A stretch of DNA of 64,000 nt. It comes from Syntrophales bacterium (GTDB lineage: Bacteria > Desulfobacterota > Syntrophia > Syntrophales > PHBD01). Shown piece by piece: positions 20,571 to 30,336 of the stretch (its first letter is position 1; every line of letters starts with the position of its first letter). The stretch spans positions 3,968,001 to 4,032,000 of the forward strand of contig OY764159.1 of assembly GCA_963668175.1 (NCBI GenBank), given 5' to 3'. The notes under the pieces are model-generated. The model ran no database searches. It saw only the letters and a program-made list of their open reading frames with translations, and was not told where the DNA came from. The translations under genes were made by a program, and so were the position numbers.

Positions 20571-21011
20571 CTATTTGCCGATGTCCAGCGTTTTGAGCGC
20601 CATGCTCTTGGTGGCGTCGAATGCCGCCACATTTGCTTCATAGGCCCTGCTGGCAGTAATCATCTCGGTCATTTCCAGGGCAACATTCACATTCGGCATG
20701 AGCACGAACCCATTCTTGTCGGCATCCGGATGGGCCGGATCGTAGATCGTCTTCAGCGGTTCCTTGCTGTCGGCAACACTCCCGACTTTCACCGCATTTA
20801 AAGCATCCTTGATCTTCGAACGGAAATTTTCCTTGGTGGTTTCCTCCTTGATCGGGTCCGCCGCGAAGGAGATGACCTTTCGCTTATACGGCCCGCCTTC
20901 CGGCGTCCTGCTGGTACTGACATTGGCTATGTTGCCCGTCACGACATCCATCTTGGCCCTTTGGGCGGACAGACCGGAACTGCATATTTTAAAAGACGTA
21001 AAAAAATCCAT
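20571..21011 (-). CDS. flgC: Basal body rod protein FlgC
   Basis: SGLSAQR, NIANV, YDPAHPDAD, PNVN and RAYEAN. Confidence 0.97.
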   Translation of the reverse strand: MDFFTSFKICSSGLSAQRAKMDVVTGNIANVSTSRTPEGGPYKRKVISFAADPIKEETTKENFRSKIKDALNAVKVGSVADSKEPLKTIYDPAHPDADKNGFVLMPNVNVALEMTEMITASRAYEANVAAFDATKSMALKTLDIGK

Positions 21012-21012
21012 C

Positions 21013-21438
21013 TTACTTGGCCTCCTTCAAGACGTTCTGCAGACCTCTGAATTTTCTCGCCAGCATTTCAATCGTCGTATTATACATAAGTTGATTCTCG
21101 GCAAGATTTGCCATCTCGACGTCCAATTTCACCTTATCCCCTGTAATTTTTGCCTCATATTCCATATTCTGTCCGGAGTAATCCGGGAGATGTCGTTCAT
21201 GTGTACGTGATATCAGCACTTTCCTGCTTTCTTCGATGGCATCTTCCGTCTTGGCCAGCGTAAGTTTCCTGCGGCTGCCGAAGGCCTTCTTCAGGTCTGT
21301 TTTAAAATTGATTTCACTCGGTTTATAACCATCCGTATCCAGATTGGCGACATTAGACGCGATCACTTTATGACGCTTCGCCCGATAATCGGTCATAACC
21401 GACAACATATCGATGGTTTTAGAAAATAAGCCTTCCAT
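21013..21438 (-). CDS. flgB: Basal body rod protein FlgB
   Basis: IASNVANLDTDGYK and EMANLAENQLMY. Confidence 0.94.
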   Translation of the reverse strand: MEGLFSKTIDMLSVMTDYRAKRHKVIASNVANLDTDGYKPSEINFKTDLKKAFGSRRKLTLAKTEDAIEESRKVLISRTHERHLPDYSGQNMEYEAKITGDKVKLDVEMANLAENQLMYNTTIEMLARKFRGLQNVLKEAK

Positions 21439-21475
21439 GGCCGCCTTGTTTCATACAGTCGTTTTGTGAAGAAGA

Positions 21476-21491
21476 TGCAAAGGACATACCA
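21476..21491 (-). promoter_or_regulatory. sigma54 promoter for the flgB operon
   Basis: Minus strand TGGTATGTCCTTTGCA, 38 bp upstream of flgB. Confidence 0.8.
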
Positions 21492-21498
21492 ATCTTCT

Positions 21499-22908
21499 TC
21501 ACGATCCCTCCTGATCGTCCCACTTTCCCTCCAGGCCATACTCGTGAAGCTTGTTGCGCATGGTGCGCACGCTGATTCCCAGGATTCTCGAAGCCTTTGT
21601 TTTGTTTCCCTGCGCATTGTCCAGTGTCTTGTAGATGAGGGATTTCTCCATTTCCCGCAGCGTCATCGGCGTATCGCCGCCGGCCTCAGATTTGTCGACA
21701 GGAACTTCAGGAATCTTTGCCCCGCCGCAGGCCTCCAGATCGATATGTGCAGCCTCTATGGTCGGTCCCTGGACGATAAGAACCGCCCTTTCCATAAGAT
21801 TTTCGAGTTCCCTGATATTGCCCGGCCAGGCATATTTCTCCAGTCTGCTTAAGGCCTCGGGCGACAGATCCGGAGGCTTTTTTCCATTCATTTTACTGTA
21901 TTTCTTAATAAAATAGTCACTCAAGAGGGCTACGTCACTGTTCCGGTCCCGCAAGGGCGGAATTTTGACGGGTATGACATTGAGACGGTAATACAGATCG
22001 CTGCGGAATCTCTTATCCTCGATGGCTTGATGTAAATCGGTGTTTGTTGTGGCAATAATCCGAACATCGATCGGAACGGGTTCCTTGCCGCCCAGCCGGT
22101 CCACTTCCGATTCCTGGATCACCCGGAGCAGCTTTGCCTGCAATTGAATATCCATCTCGCTGATTTCATCCAGAAGCAGGGTACCGCCGTCCGCTTGCTC
22201 GAATTTGCCTGCCTTCCTCTGGGCAGCGCCGGTAAAGGCTCCTCTCTCATATCCGAACATTTCACTCTCAAGCAGATTATGCGGTATGGCTGCGCAGTTG
22301 ACGGCGACAAAAGGCATTTTGCTCCGATGGCTGTGACTGTGGATGTATCGGGCAAACAACTCCTTCCCCGTACCGCTTTCCCCCTGGATGAGAACGCTCG
22401 ACTTGCTTTTGGCCACATTCCGCATGAGTTCCAAAAGGTCCTTGACCTTTGGATGGTCGGAAATGATCTTTCTTCCCCTGTCGGTGTCGGCCGCCGCCTC
22501 ATCATAGTCATTTTTTTGACTATCTCCATTGGCGGACAGGACACTTTTTACGACCAGTTCCAGATCGGTCAGAGAGAAGGGCTTCATGATGAACTCGGCG
22601 GCCCCTTCCTTCATTGCTTCCACAGCCGTATTGACCGTACCATAGGCCGTTATCATAATGACGGCCGTGTCCGCCGATATTCTTTTAATTCCTCGCAGGA
22701 CTTCCAGACCGCTCATCTTCGGCATCCGCATATCGGTGATGACCGCCTCGAACTTGCCTTTCTCGAACATTGCCAGGGCGGCCTCGCCGTCCTCCGCCGT
22801 TTCTACGCCGTAACCGCAATTCTCCAAAGATTGGGAGAGGGCCATACGCATGGAGTGATCATCATCAACTATGAGAATTCGTTGCATTGCGTTGTCCTTT
22901 GGATTCAT
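21499..22908 (-). CDS. sigma54-dependent response regulator (FleR/FlrC-like)
   Basis: Intact receiver (VDDD, TDMRMP, TA, KP), [14 protein letters not shown] and Fis-type HTH. Confidence 0.92.
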   Translation of the reverse strand: MNPKDNAMQRILIVDDDHSMRMALSQSLENCGYGVETAEDGEAALAMFEKGKFEAVITDMRMPKMSGLEVLRGIKRISADTAVIMITAYGTVNTAVEAMKEGAAEFIMKPFSLTDLELVVKSVLSANGDSQKNDYDEAAADTDRGRKIISDHPKVKDLLELMRNVAKSKSSVLIQGESGTGKELFARYIHSHSHRSKMPFVAVNCAAIPHNLLESEMFGYERGAFTGAAQRKAGKFEQADGGTLLLDEISEMDIQLQAKLLRVIQESEVDRLGGKEPVPIDVRIIATTNTDLHQAIEDKRFRSDLYYRLNVIPVKIPPLRDRNSDVALLSDYFIKKYSKMNGKKPPDLSPEALSRLEKYAWPGNIRELENLMERAVLIVQGPTIEAAHIDLEACGGAKIPEVPVDKSEAGGDTPMTLREMEKSLIYKTLDNAQGNKTKASRILGISVRTMRNKLHEYGLEGKWDDQEGS

Positions 22909-24155
22909 CTTGAAATCGCGGGAACAGGTTCAATCCCGCTTCCTTCTTCGAGCAGCGGCAGCAAAACATTGAGCACGGCGCCGCCTTCAGTCCGGTTATC
23001 GGCGACGATCAATCCCTGGTGCATATCGAGGATGCTGTGCACAATGGCCAATCCGAGTCCGGAGCCCCGCTCCCTCGTACTGAAGAAGGGATCGAAAATT
23101 TTATCCAGGTGCTCTTCCGGTATCCCTGCCCCGCTGTCGGCAACCCTGATTTCTACATAAGACGCAGGGCGCCCGCCCATCCGGAGCCCCGTAAAGGGAT
23201 TCGTCGTTACATGGAGGATACCGCCCTCGGGCATGGCTTGCAAGGCATTGAGTATCAGGTTCAGAAAGACTTGTTTGAGCATCTCGGCATCGCCGTTGAT
23301 GAGTGGTTCAAAATCGGCGTATTGAATCGTCAGGGAGATATTCTCCTGGTTCATTAACTGGCGGGAAAAGACGATCACATCCTTAAGCACATCGTGGATA
23401 TTGATCCTTTTGAAAACCGGGCTGCGATTTCTGGCAAAAATCAGGAGATTGGATATTTTGTTGTCCATATTCTTGACGGAGGCGATAATATGCGACGCCC
23501 AGTTCTTCTCTTTTTCATTGTCCAGTTCCTTGACCAGAAGCGATGCGAACAATTCTATGCTTCCCAGGGGATTTCTGATCTCATGGGCAATATTGGCCGC
23601 CATCTCGCCCATGGCGACAAGCTTTTCCGTCCTCTTCGCCATGTCTTCCAGCATCTCGATTTTGGTAATGTCGCGTATGGCGAATACCGTTCCGGAGACG
23701 CGGCCATCCCAGGCTCGCACAGGGGAACCGAAAACCTCGAAGATTCTTCCTTTCTTCCTTATCTTGACGCCGGTGTCGCTCTCATAGGATGTGGATGTGA
23801 ATACTTTCTTGCCGCCGCCCTCGAAAGGCGCGCCCAATAAGTAACCGATATGCCTGCCCTGGAGGCTTGCCTGCGACTCTTCGAAATAAACCTCCGCGCA
23901 ACGGTTCACCGTCCGGATATTCCCATCGAGATCGGTAACGACGACTCCGGTGATGAGACTCGAGAGGATGTTCTCCAAGTCATTCGTGGCCTCTTTCTTT
24001 TCGGCGATCGCCTTCTCCAGCTCGATGTTCTTGGCTTCCATTTCCCGGTTAAGCCCGGCGAATTTCTCCTCGAGACTGGCATAGGATTCCTGGAGGCGAA
24101 TCGTCGCCTGATTGAATTCTTCAAAGGACTTTTGCAGAATATCGATTTCGTTCAT
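22905..24155 (-). CDS. Cytoplasmic PAS sensor histidine kinase (FleS/FlrB-like)
   Basis: N-terminal coiled coil, PAS, AHEIRNPL H-box, N/G1/F/G2 boxes; no TM; ATGA-coupled to the regulator. Confidence 0.92.
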   Translation of the reverse strand: MNEIDILQKSFEEFNQATIRLQESYASLEEKFAGLNREMEAKNIELEKAIAEKKEATNDLENILSSLITGVVVTDLDGNIRTVNRCAEVYFEESQASLQGRHIGYLLGAPFEGGGKKVFTSTSYESDTGVKIRKKGRIFEVFGSPVRAWDGRVSGTVFAIRDITKIEMLEDMAKRTEKLVAMGEMAANIAHEIRNPLGSIELFASLLVKELDNEKEKNWASHIIASVKNMDNKISNLLIFARNRSPVFKRINIHDVLKDVIVFSRQLMNQENISLTIQYADFEPLINGDAEMLKQVFLNLILNALQAMPEGGILHVTTNPFTGLRMGGRPASYVEIRVADSGAGIPEEHLDKIFDPFFSTRERGSGLGLAIVHSILDMHQGLIVADNRTEGGAVLNVLLPLLEEGSGIEPVPAISR

Positions 24156-24198
24156 GCCGCAAAGATTGCACAGGCAGCCATTCCGGCCGCTCTGCCCG

Positions 24199-26784
24199 TC
24201 ATTTCAGATACTGGGAATATTTCTTGGACCATTTGTCGCTTTCGGTTTGGTATTCGACGATCTTACTCCAAAAGGGACCGTCCTGGCTGGCTTTCAACAG
24301 CCCAAAGGCCTTGTCGGCCTCCGGATAATCCTGCAATCGCCAGGACTCTTTCCCGATTCTATAAATCGACCACAGCTTCTGTCCCTGCTCGGGTACGTAA
24401 TTCATGGCCTGACGATACATGGCCAACCCTTCTTTAAACCTCTTTTCGGCAAAATAGCAATCGCCCAGTCCCATATAGGCGTCGGCCAGGTACCGCGGCG
24501 AATATTTCTTCTCGTCCTTGCCGGCCGCTTCTATAATCTTCTGATAATATCTGATAGCGAGCGCACACATATTTTTTTCCTTCAGGGCGTCCGCATATTT
24601 GTCATAAATGGGCAATCCCTCCTCGACGCTTTTCGTTTTATTGAGAATATCGCGGTAGGACTGGACGGCCCTGTCGTAAAGCCCCTGATGAAAAGTAACA
24701 TCCGCCATCATGGCCTTCGCTTTGTTCATGACCGCCACATCCTTATTCTTGGTCTGGCTTAGTATGCTCTGCAGTTTCTGCTCGGCGTCCTTATACTTCC
24801 CCTTCAGCATATCGATCTCGACCATGGCCATGATGGCCTTGTTCTCATTTTGCGTACTGGTCGCGGCCTTCGTAAGTTCGTTATATACCAAAGAGGCGTC
24901 GTCATAAAGGCTTACAGCCTTCAAGCTTTCTCCAATTTTGAAGTATGTGTCGGAATCTGCGCTGCCATGCTTCCCCTTCACAAAGGCCGCAAAATACATA
25001 TCGGCAACGGCGACATGATCCCCTTTGTCGTAATACATGTCGACAAGTCTGGTGGCGAGAAGCCTGTAGTTCCTGAGTACTTCATCCAGGTACTTACCTT
25101 TGGGATATTTCTTGAGATAAGCGCCATAGACATCGAAAGCCTCCTTATAGCGGCCCACCTTCGACAGGGCGTGCCCCTTCATGGCCAGCACCTGTTCGGA
25201 CATATCACCCTCGGGCGTCTTCGTCAAAATATTGTCATAAGCGGTTATCGGCTCCCGGTAGTTTTCAACAGCCGCCATGAATGTCGGAATCTTCAGGCCG
25301 GGTTTTTCCACACCGATACCGGCCATGGCGACAGCGGCTTCCTTGGCTTCCTTGCTTTCGGGATATTTTTCGATGACTCTGCTGAATACCTTAAGAGCCA
25401 GGGGCGCCTGATTCAATTCGGCAAGAGTCCGCCCCATGGCCAGCATCGCCATCTTGGACCAATCATCGTCAGGGTACATGCTGACATAGTAAGAGAAAAT
25501 ATCATTGGCCTCGCCGAACCTTCGGGACCGGTAATAATGGTAGCCGAGGTCCAGGAGCATGAACCTGGGAATATCGGATAAATCGGGCCATTTCCTGAGT
25601 GCCTCACCGTACCAGATATCCGCATTGGCAGGCTGATTTTGCCGATAATAACCTTCCGCCACGATGAAATGGGCATATTTCGCCTGCGCCCCGTCGGGAT
25701 ATTTTTTCAGATAGGCTTGTGCCTTTTCGGAGGCTTCCTTGACCTTGCCGAGCTTGTTGAACATGTCCGCCGCCATGAACATGGCATCGGCGGCATACGG
25801 AGATTCGGGATAACGGGCCGCGAGCTTATCCAGGGATTGATTGGCCTCATAGAAGAAATTCAGTTGATCGTAGCATTTGGCCATTCGGAGGTAGACCAGA
25901 TCGTTGCCCTCGCGTACATCGGGATAACTGTTCAGTATCTCCTTATAGTAATCGACGGCGTTAAAATAATCCTGTTTTCCGTTCTTCTCCCCGAGGAAGA
26001 AATGGGTGTCGGCAAGACGCCTCAGGACCTTTTCCCGGATCACCGGATCGGAAGGTCTGCTCGCATTGAGCTTCTTTAAATTGACCAGCGCGCTTTCGTA
26101 ACGGCGTGCCTGAAAGTCTTGCATGGCCGTATTAAAAATCGGATCGCGGGTCTGGGGCTCAATCGGAACCGCAGGCCTTGCCGGGGGAGGTGGCGGAGGC
26201 GCAGGCAGTGCAGCCGTCGGCTCGGGCGGTTTGGCCGCCGCCTGCTCTTTTTTTGGCGCAGCGGCCTCTTTCTCACGTTGTGCAGCGGAAGCGGAAGCCG
26301 CAGCCACGGGCTTCCGTTCATTTACGCCCTGAGAATCGCGGGAACTTCGATCGGCATTGCTTTTACTGCTGTTCTTGACAGGGGCGGATACCTTGGCGGC
26401 GGCAGCCTTCGTTTCTTTCTTGTTGTTCGACGCCGGGGCGATTTCTTTACGGGAGGAAAAGTCGGAACGCTCGACCGCCGCATAATCAATGGCATGCTTC
26501 TGTTTCATCTCGACGGCGGCTTTTGCGGCACTGTCGGGGCTGTTGTACTGGCCGACATAGACTCGGTACCAGAGCCCTTTTCCCGGAATCTTAACCTTCT
26601 TATAATAAGCTTTATATCCCTTGGCATTCAGGGCCTTCACCTCCGCCTCGGCCTGGGCTGCCTTTTTGAACGACGCCTCATGTATACGGTAATAAGCCTT
26701 CGTCTGTTCCTTGCCTGAAGAAACAGCCGACAGGGCAATGACGGCCACAAGACTCAGAATGATGGCGGAAACAATGGTTTTCAT
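24199..26784 (-). CDS. Exported SPOR-domain + tetratricopeptide-repeat protein
   Basis: Signal peptide, SPOR-like GLWYRVYVGQY, Ala/Pro/Lys linker and many TPR-like repeats (..YP.S..A..A). Confidence 0.85.
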   Translation of the reverse strand: MKTIVSAIILSLVAVIALSAVSSGKEQTKAYYRIHEASFKKAAQAEAEVKALNAKGYKAYYKKVKIPGKGLWYRVYVGQYNSPDSAAKAAVEMKQKHAIDYAAVERSDFSSRKEIAPASNNKKETKAAAAKVSAPVKNSSKSNADRSSRDSQGVNERKPVAAASASAAQREKEAAAPKKEQAAAKPPEPTAALPAPPPPPPARPAVPIEPQTRDPIFNTAMQDFQARRYESALVNLKKLNASRPSDPVIREKVLRRLADTHFFLGEKNGKQDYFNAVDYYKEILNSYPDVREGNDLVYLRMAKCYDQLNFFYEANQSLDKLAARYPESPYAADAMFMAADMFNKLGKVKEASEKAQAYLKKYPDGAQAKYAHFIVAEGYYRQNQPANADIWYGEALRKWPDLSDIPRFMLLDLGYHYYRSRRFGEANDIFSYYVSMYPDDDWSKMAMLAMGRTLAELNQAPLALKVFSRVIEKYPESKEAKEAAVAMAGIGVEKPGLKIPTFMAAVENYREPITAYDNILTKTPEGDMSEQVLAMKGHALSKVGRYKEAFDVYGAYLKKYPKGKYLDEVLRNYRLLATRLVDMYYDKGDHVAVADMYFAAFVKGKHGSADSDTYFKIGESLKAVSLYDDASLVYNELTKAATSTQNENKAIMAMVEIDMLKGKYKDAEQKLQSILSQTKNKDVAVMNKAKAMMADVTFHQGLYDRAVQSYRDILNKTKSVEEGLPIYDKYADALKEKNMCALAIRYYQKIIEAAGKDEKKYSPRYLADAYMGLGDCYFAEKRFKEGLAMYRQAMNYVPEQGQKLWSIYRIGKESWRLQDYPEADKAFGLLKASQDGPFWSKIVEYQTESDKWSKKYSQYLK

Positions 26785-26902
26785 CTCAACGACGTCGTTC
26801 CTGTTGAAATTAATCGGTGGACATATACAAAATTATTATCTATATATCCCTCTCTATTCAAAGTTATAAAAATGTAGACATGGATAAACAAGAGCGTATC
26901 GT

Positions 26903-26918
26903 AGCAAATAATGTACCA
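26903..26918 (-). promoter_or_regulatory. sigma54 promoter for SPOR-TPR/kinase/regulator operon
   Basis: Minus strand TGGTACATTATTTGCT. Confidence 0.75.
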
Positions 26919-26982
26919 TCTCAGGTAGTATCTTTCTCCGGGACCGGCAGGCGGACAGACAGCGCCTCTTCCTGCTTCTCCA

Positions 26983-26998
26983 TGGCACACAATTTGCT
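26983..26998 (+). promoter_or_regulatory. sigma54 promoter for PilZ-motA-motB
   Basis: TGGCACACAATTTGCT, a full consensus match 50 bp before the ATG. Confidence 0.87.
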
Positions 26999-27047
26999 TA
27001 ATTTCCCCGTATACTTATGGCGCTCCCAACCGTGAAAGCGAGGCACG

Positions 27048-27596
27048 ATGGAAGAAGACAACTCTCAAAAAGTTGAAAGCCGGCGGGAGTATTCACGCGT
27101 TCAGGTCTATATTCCGATGGACTTCCGTCTTCTGCCCCCCGAGGACCGGCAGCATGTAAAGTCGCACTTGGCGGGCGACGCCATCCTGGCCGAATTCAGA
27201 GGCCTTCCCCCCGTCGAGGATTCGCTTACCGTCGAATGGCTGACCATATTAAACAGCAAACTTGACACGATCATCAGAATGTTGACGTTTGATCATGAAG
27301 GGTTTATCGGGCTCCCCTATGTTTCCGTCAATATCAGCGGCGGGGGCATGAAATTTGACACCCCGCAGGCTTATACGCCCGGCGACATCGTGGAGGTGCG
27401 GATCATGCTTTCGGCCCCGAGGAGGATCGCCCTCTATATTTACGGTCAGGTCATGAAGTCCGAACCGAAAGAGGACGTCTACTCAACGGCAATCAAGTAT
27501 ATTTTCATGGATGATGTCCTTCGGGACGAGATTATACAATTCGTCTTCGAAAAGGAAAGAGAAATCCTGAGAGAAAAAAGGAGGACCCTCTTCTAG
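27048..27596 (+). CDS. PilZ-domain c-di-GMP receptor
   Basis: RxxxR (RREYSR) and (D/N)xSxxG (NISGGG) motifs. Confidence 0.87.
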   Translation: MEEDNSQKVESRREYSRVQVYIPMDFRLLPPEDRQHVKSHLAGDAILAEFRGLPPVEDSLTVEWLTILNSKLDTIIRMLTFDHEGFIGLPYVSVNISGGGMKFDTPQAYTPGDIVEVRIMLSAPRRIALYIYGQVMKSEPKEDVYSTAIKYIFMDDVLRDEIIQFVFEKEREILREKRRTLF

Positions 27597-27599
27597 CCG

Positions 27600-28457
27600 A
27601 TGTTTGTCATTATTGGAAGTGTATTCGTCATATGTTGCGTCATAGGGGGATTCCTTCTCGCCCACGGGAACCTGTCCGTCTTGTTTCAGCCGACGGAGTT
27701 CCTGATTATCGGCGGCGCCGCAATAGGGGGATTTCTCATCGCCAACCCGATGAAGCTGATCAAGGCCGTCATCGCGAAGCTGCTCGGCATGTTCACCGGA
27801 AAAACCCGAACGAAACAGGATTATCTGGAAGCGCTGATGATGCTGAACGGCATTTTTTACAAGATCAGGCAGCAGGGCCTGGTTTCCATCGAGTCGGACG
27901 TCGACGAACCCGAAGCGAGCGCCTTGTTCAATGCCTATCCCAATATTTTGAAAAATCATCATGCCATTACCCTGGTCACGGATACGCTTCGCATGGTCAT
28001 GTCCACAACAATCGCATCCCATGAATTGGAAGCGCTCATCGATACCGAACTGGAAGCCCACCATGAAGAGGGTATGGCGCCGTCCCATGCCGTTTCCTTT
28101 GTGGCGGATTCACTCCCCGGCCTGGGAATCGTCGCCGCCGTTTTGGGCGTCGTTCTGACCATGGGAAAAATCGGAGAACCGCCGGAAGTACTGGGCCATC
28201 ATATCGGCGCCGCGCTGGTCGGGACTTTTCTCGGTGTTCTGCTTTGTTACGGGTTCGTCGGCCCGATGGGCAAGAACCTGGAGCACAGCGCCACAGAAGA
28301 CCTGCAATACTTGACGGTCCTCAAAGTGGCCCTGCTCGCTTTTATCGGCGGCGCCGCACCCAAAGTCGCCATCGAGTTCGGCAGGCGCGTCATTCCTGCC
28401 GATGCCAAACCGTCCTTCCTGGAACTGGAAGAAGTCGTCAGACAGGCTAAGAAATAA
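27600..28457 (+). CDS. motA: Flagellar stator protein MotA
   Basis: QPTEFLIIGGAAIG, PGLGIVAAVLGVV, ALVGTFLG and EFGRR. Confidence 0.96.
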   Translation: MFVIIGSVFVICCVIGGFLLAHGNLSVLFQPTEFLIIGGAAIGGFLIANPMKLIKAVIAKLLGMFTGKTRTKQDYLEALMMLNGIFYKIRQQGLVSIESDVDEPEASALFNAYPNILKNHHAITLVTDTLRMVMSTTIASHELEALIDTELEAHHEEGMAPSHAVSFVADSLPGLGIVAAVLGVVLTMGKIGEPPEVLGHHIGAALVGTFLGVLLCYGFVGPMGKNLEHSATEDLQYLTVLKVALLAFIGGAAPKVAIEFGRRVIPADAKPSFLELEEVVRQAKK

Positions 28458-29233
28458 TGGAAGAACGTCCAATTATCATAAAGAAAGTCAAGAAGAAAAG
28501 CGCCGGAGCCCATGGAGGATCGTGGAAGGTCGCCTACGCCGATTTCGTCACGGCCATGATGGCGTTCTTTCTCCTCTTGTGGCTGTTGTCCATGGTCTCT
28601 CCTGACAAACGGGCGGCGCTGTCGGAGTATTTCAGAAACTACAGTATTTTTAAGGAAATCGGCGCATCCATGCTGGGGGGCAAGGAGTCTTCCGTCATCA
28701 GCACCCAGATACAGGTCGTCCAGGGCCAGGCAGGCCGAACCCCCAGGCAGGAAATGGTCGATCCCGCCAAGAGCCTCACGCCCACCAAGGAAGAGATCGA
28801 AAAGCGACTGAAGACCTCCATCGCCGAAAAACTCGAATCCCTTAAGGATCAGGTGCTCATCGATATCGTCAATGCCGGGGTCAGGATCCAGATCGTCGAC
28901 AAGGAAGGCAGCGAAATGTTCCGTCTGGGGAGTGCCGATCCAACCGACAGGGCGAGGGAGGTACTCAAGGTGGTAGGCGATGTGATCGCCGAACTCCCGA
29001 ACCGTGTCGTCATTGAGGGACACACGGATGCCGCGCCTTTCCGCGGCGTCCAGAACACGAACTGGGAGCTGTCGACATCCCGGGCATCTTCGGCCAGACG
29101 GGAACTTGAGAAAAGGGGACTGGATCCGTCGAGAATCTCGAAGGTCATCGGATATGCGGATCAGGAACTCCTGATTCCCGAAGATCCGCGGGACGCCCGT
29201 AATCGACGCATCAGCATTATTCTTTTACAGTAG
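28457..29233 (+). CDS. motB: Flagellar stator protein MotB
   Basis: HGGSWKVAYADFVTAMMAFF and OmpA-like GHTD..NWELS..RA..NRRI. Confidence 0.96.
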   Translation: MEERPIIIKKVKKKSAGAHGGSWKVAYADFVTAMMAFFLLLWLLSMVSPDKRAALSEYFRNYSIFKEIGASMLGGKESSVISTQIQVVQGQAGRTPRQEMVDPAKSLTPTKEEIEKRLKTSIAEKLESLKDQVLIDIVNAGVRIQIVDKEGSEMFRLGSADPTDRAREVLKVVGDVIAELPNRVVIEGHTDAAPFRGVQNTNWELSTSRASSARRELEKRGLDPSRISKVIGYADQELLIPEDPRDARNRRISIILLQ

Positions 29234-29256
29234 AAGGCGTGATTTTCGCCCCGGCA

Positions 29257-29718
29257 CTATTCACCGAGGCAGACGTCAATGACGAATTTTCCGTCATCGG
29301 TTTCGAAGGGAATGATGATGCTCGGGGCACCGAGCACGTGGGCCACCTGATGGTTCTTCCCGGCCACCACCGTGGGAATGGCCGCCGTGATGATAAGCCC
29401 TTCTTTTTCGAGATGCTGTCTCGCCGCCCCGGAAACCATATTGGTGATTTCTCCGACGGCGTCTTTGATATCCCCGTTGATCGAACTGATCTCTTCGCCC
29501 AACATGTTCGAAACGATCTTTAAGATGCTCTTTTCACTGAAGCTGAGCGCCAGGGACCCTCTCATGGCTCCGGTCAGACCGATAATGCCGCTTATATCGC
29601 CGACGGCCTTATTGTCCTGCTTCAGATAGGGCTTCCCCATTCTCGGCTCTATAAATGCCATTGTCTTTAAAACGCTTTCCATGGCCTGGGAGAAAGCATT
29701 GATAAATATTACGTTCAT
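29257..29718 (-). CDS. cheX: Chemotaxis phosphatase CheX
   Basis: SGIIGLTG and DAVGEITNMVSG. Confidence 0.92.
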   Translation of the reverse strand: MNVIFINAFSQAMESVLKTMAFIEPRMGKPYLKQDNKAVGDISGIIGLTGAMRGSLALSFSEKSILKIVSNMLGEEISSINGDIKDAVGEITNMVSGAARQHLEKEGLIITAAIPTVVAGKNHQVAHVLGAPSIIIPFETDDGKFVIDVCLGE

Positions 29719-29748
29719 GTAGTTCCTTTATCCCGATAGGCAGTCCGA

Positions 29749-30129
29749 CTACATCTTCTCCAGTATCTTGGCAATCTTCTCGTTTAGGACTTCCGCCGTG
29801 AACGGTTTAACGATATAATTGCTGACACCCGACTTAACGGCTTCCACGACGTTGTCCTGCAGGGCTTCGGCCGTAACCATCAGAAAAGGAATCTTGGTCA
29901 GGTCGGCGTCTGCACGAACCGCCTTCAGCAATTCGAGTCCCGTCATATTCGGCATATTCCAGTCGGAGATCACCATATCAACCTTCTGCGCCTTGAGTAT
30001 TCGCATGGCGGCCACACCGTCCTCCGCTTCGACGATATCCTCGTACCCCACCTGTTTCAAAAGATTTCTGATCACTTTTCTCATTGTTGCGAAATCGTCT
30101 ACAACCAGTATCTTCAGATCCTTACCCAT
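29749..30129 (-). CDS. cheY: Chemotaxis response regulator CheY
   Basis: LVVDDFATMRK, SDWNMP, VTAEA and YIVKPFT (E. coli-type CheY). Confidence 0.95.
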   Translation of the reverse strand: MGKDLKILVVDDFATMRKVIRNLLKQVGYEDIVEAEDGVAAMRILKAQKVDMVISDWNMPNMTGLELLKAVRADADLTKIPFLMVTAEALQDNVVEAVKSGVSNYIVKPFTAEVLNEKIAKILEKM

Positions 30130-30253
30130 AACTTACCCCCATACATGATATCTTGTTATGATGACTCCAGACGACCGGGTAATGTCCTTGACCGTCCCTC
30201 CGGTCATTTTCGCGCTTCCGTTATGCTTCGTCAATCCGCGCTTACTAATCCAA

Positions 30254-30262
30254 ATTATACCA
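30254..30262 (-). promoter_or_regulatory. Extended -10 sigma70-type element upstream of cheY-cheX
   Basis: Minus strand TGGTATAAT (TGnTATAAT) in the 207-bp cheA-cheY gap; no clear -35. Confidence 0.5.
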
Positions 30263-30336
30263 AAAGGCAAGTCCTTTGATCCATATGGAAATGTTTGGAG
30301 AAAGTCGACGGAACACGGCAGACCAAGTTCTGCTGT

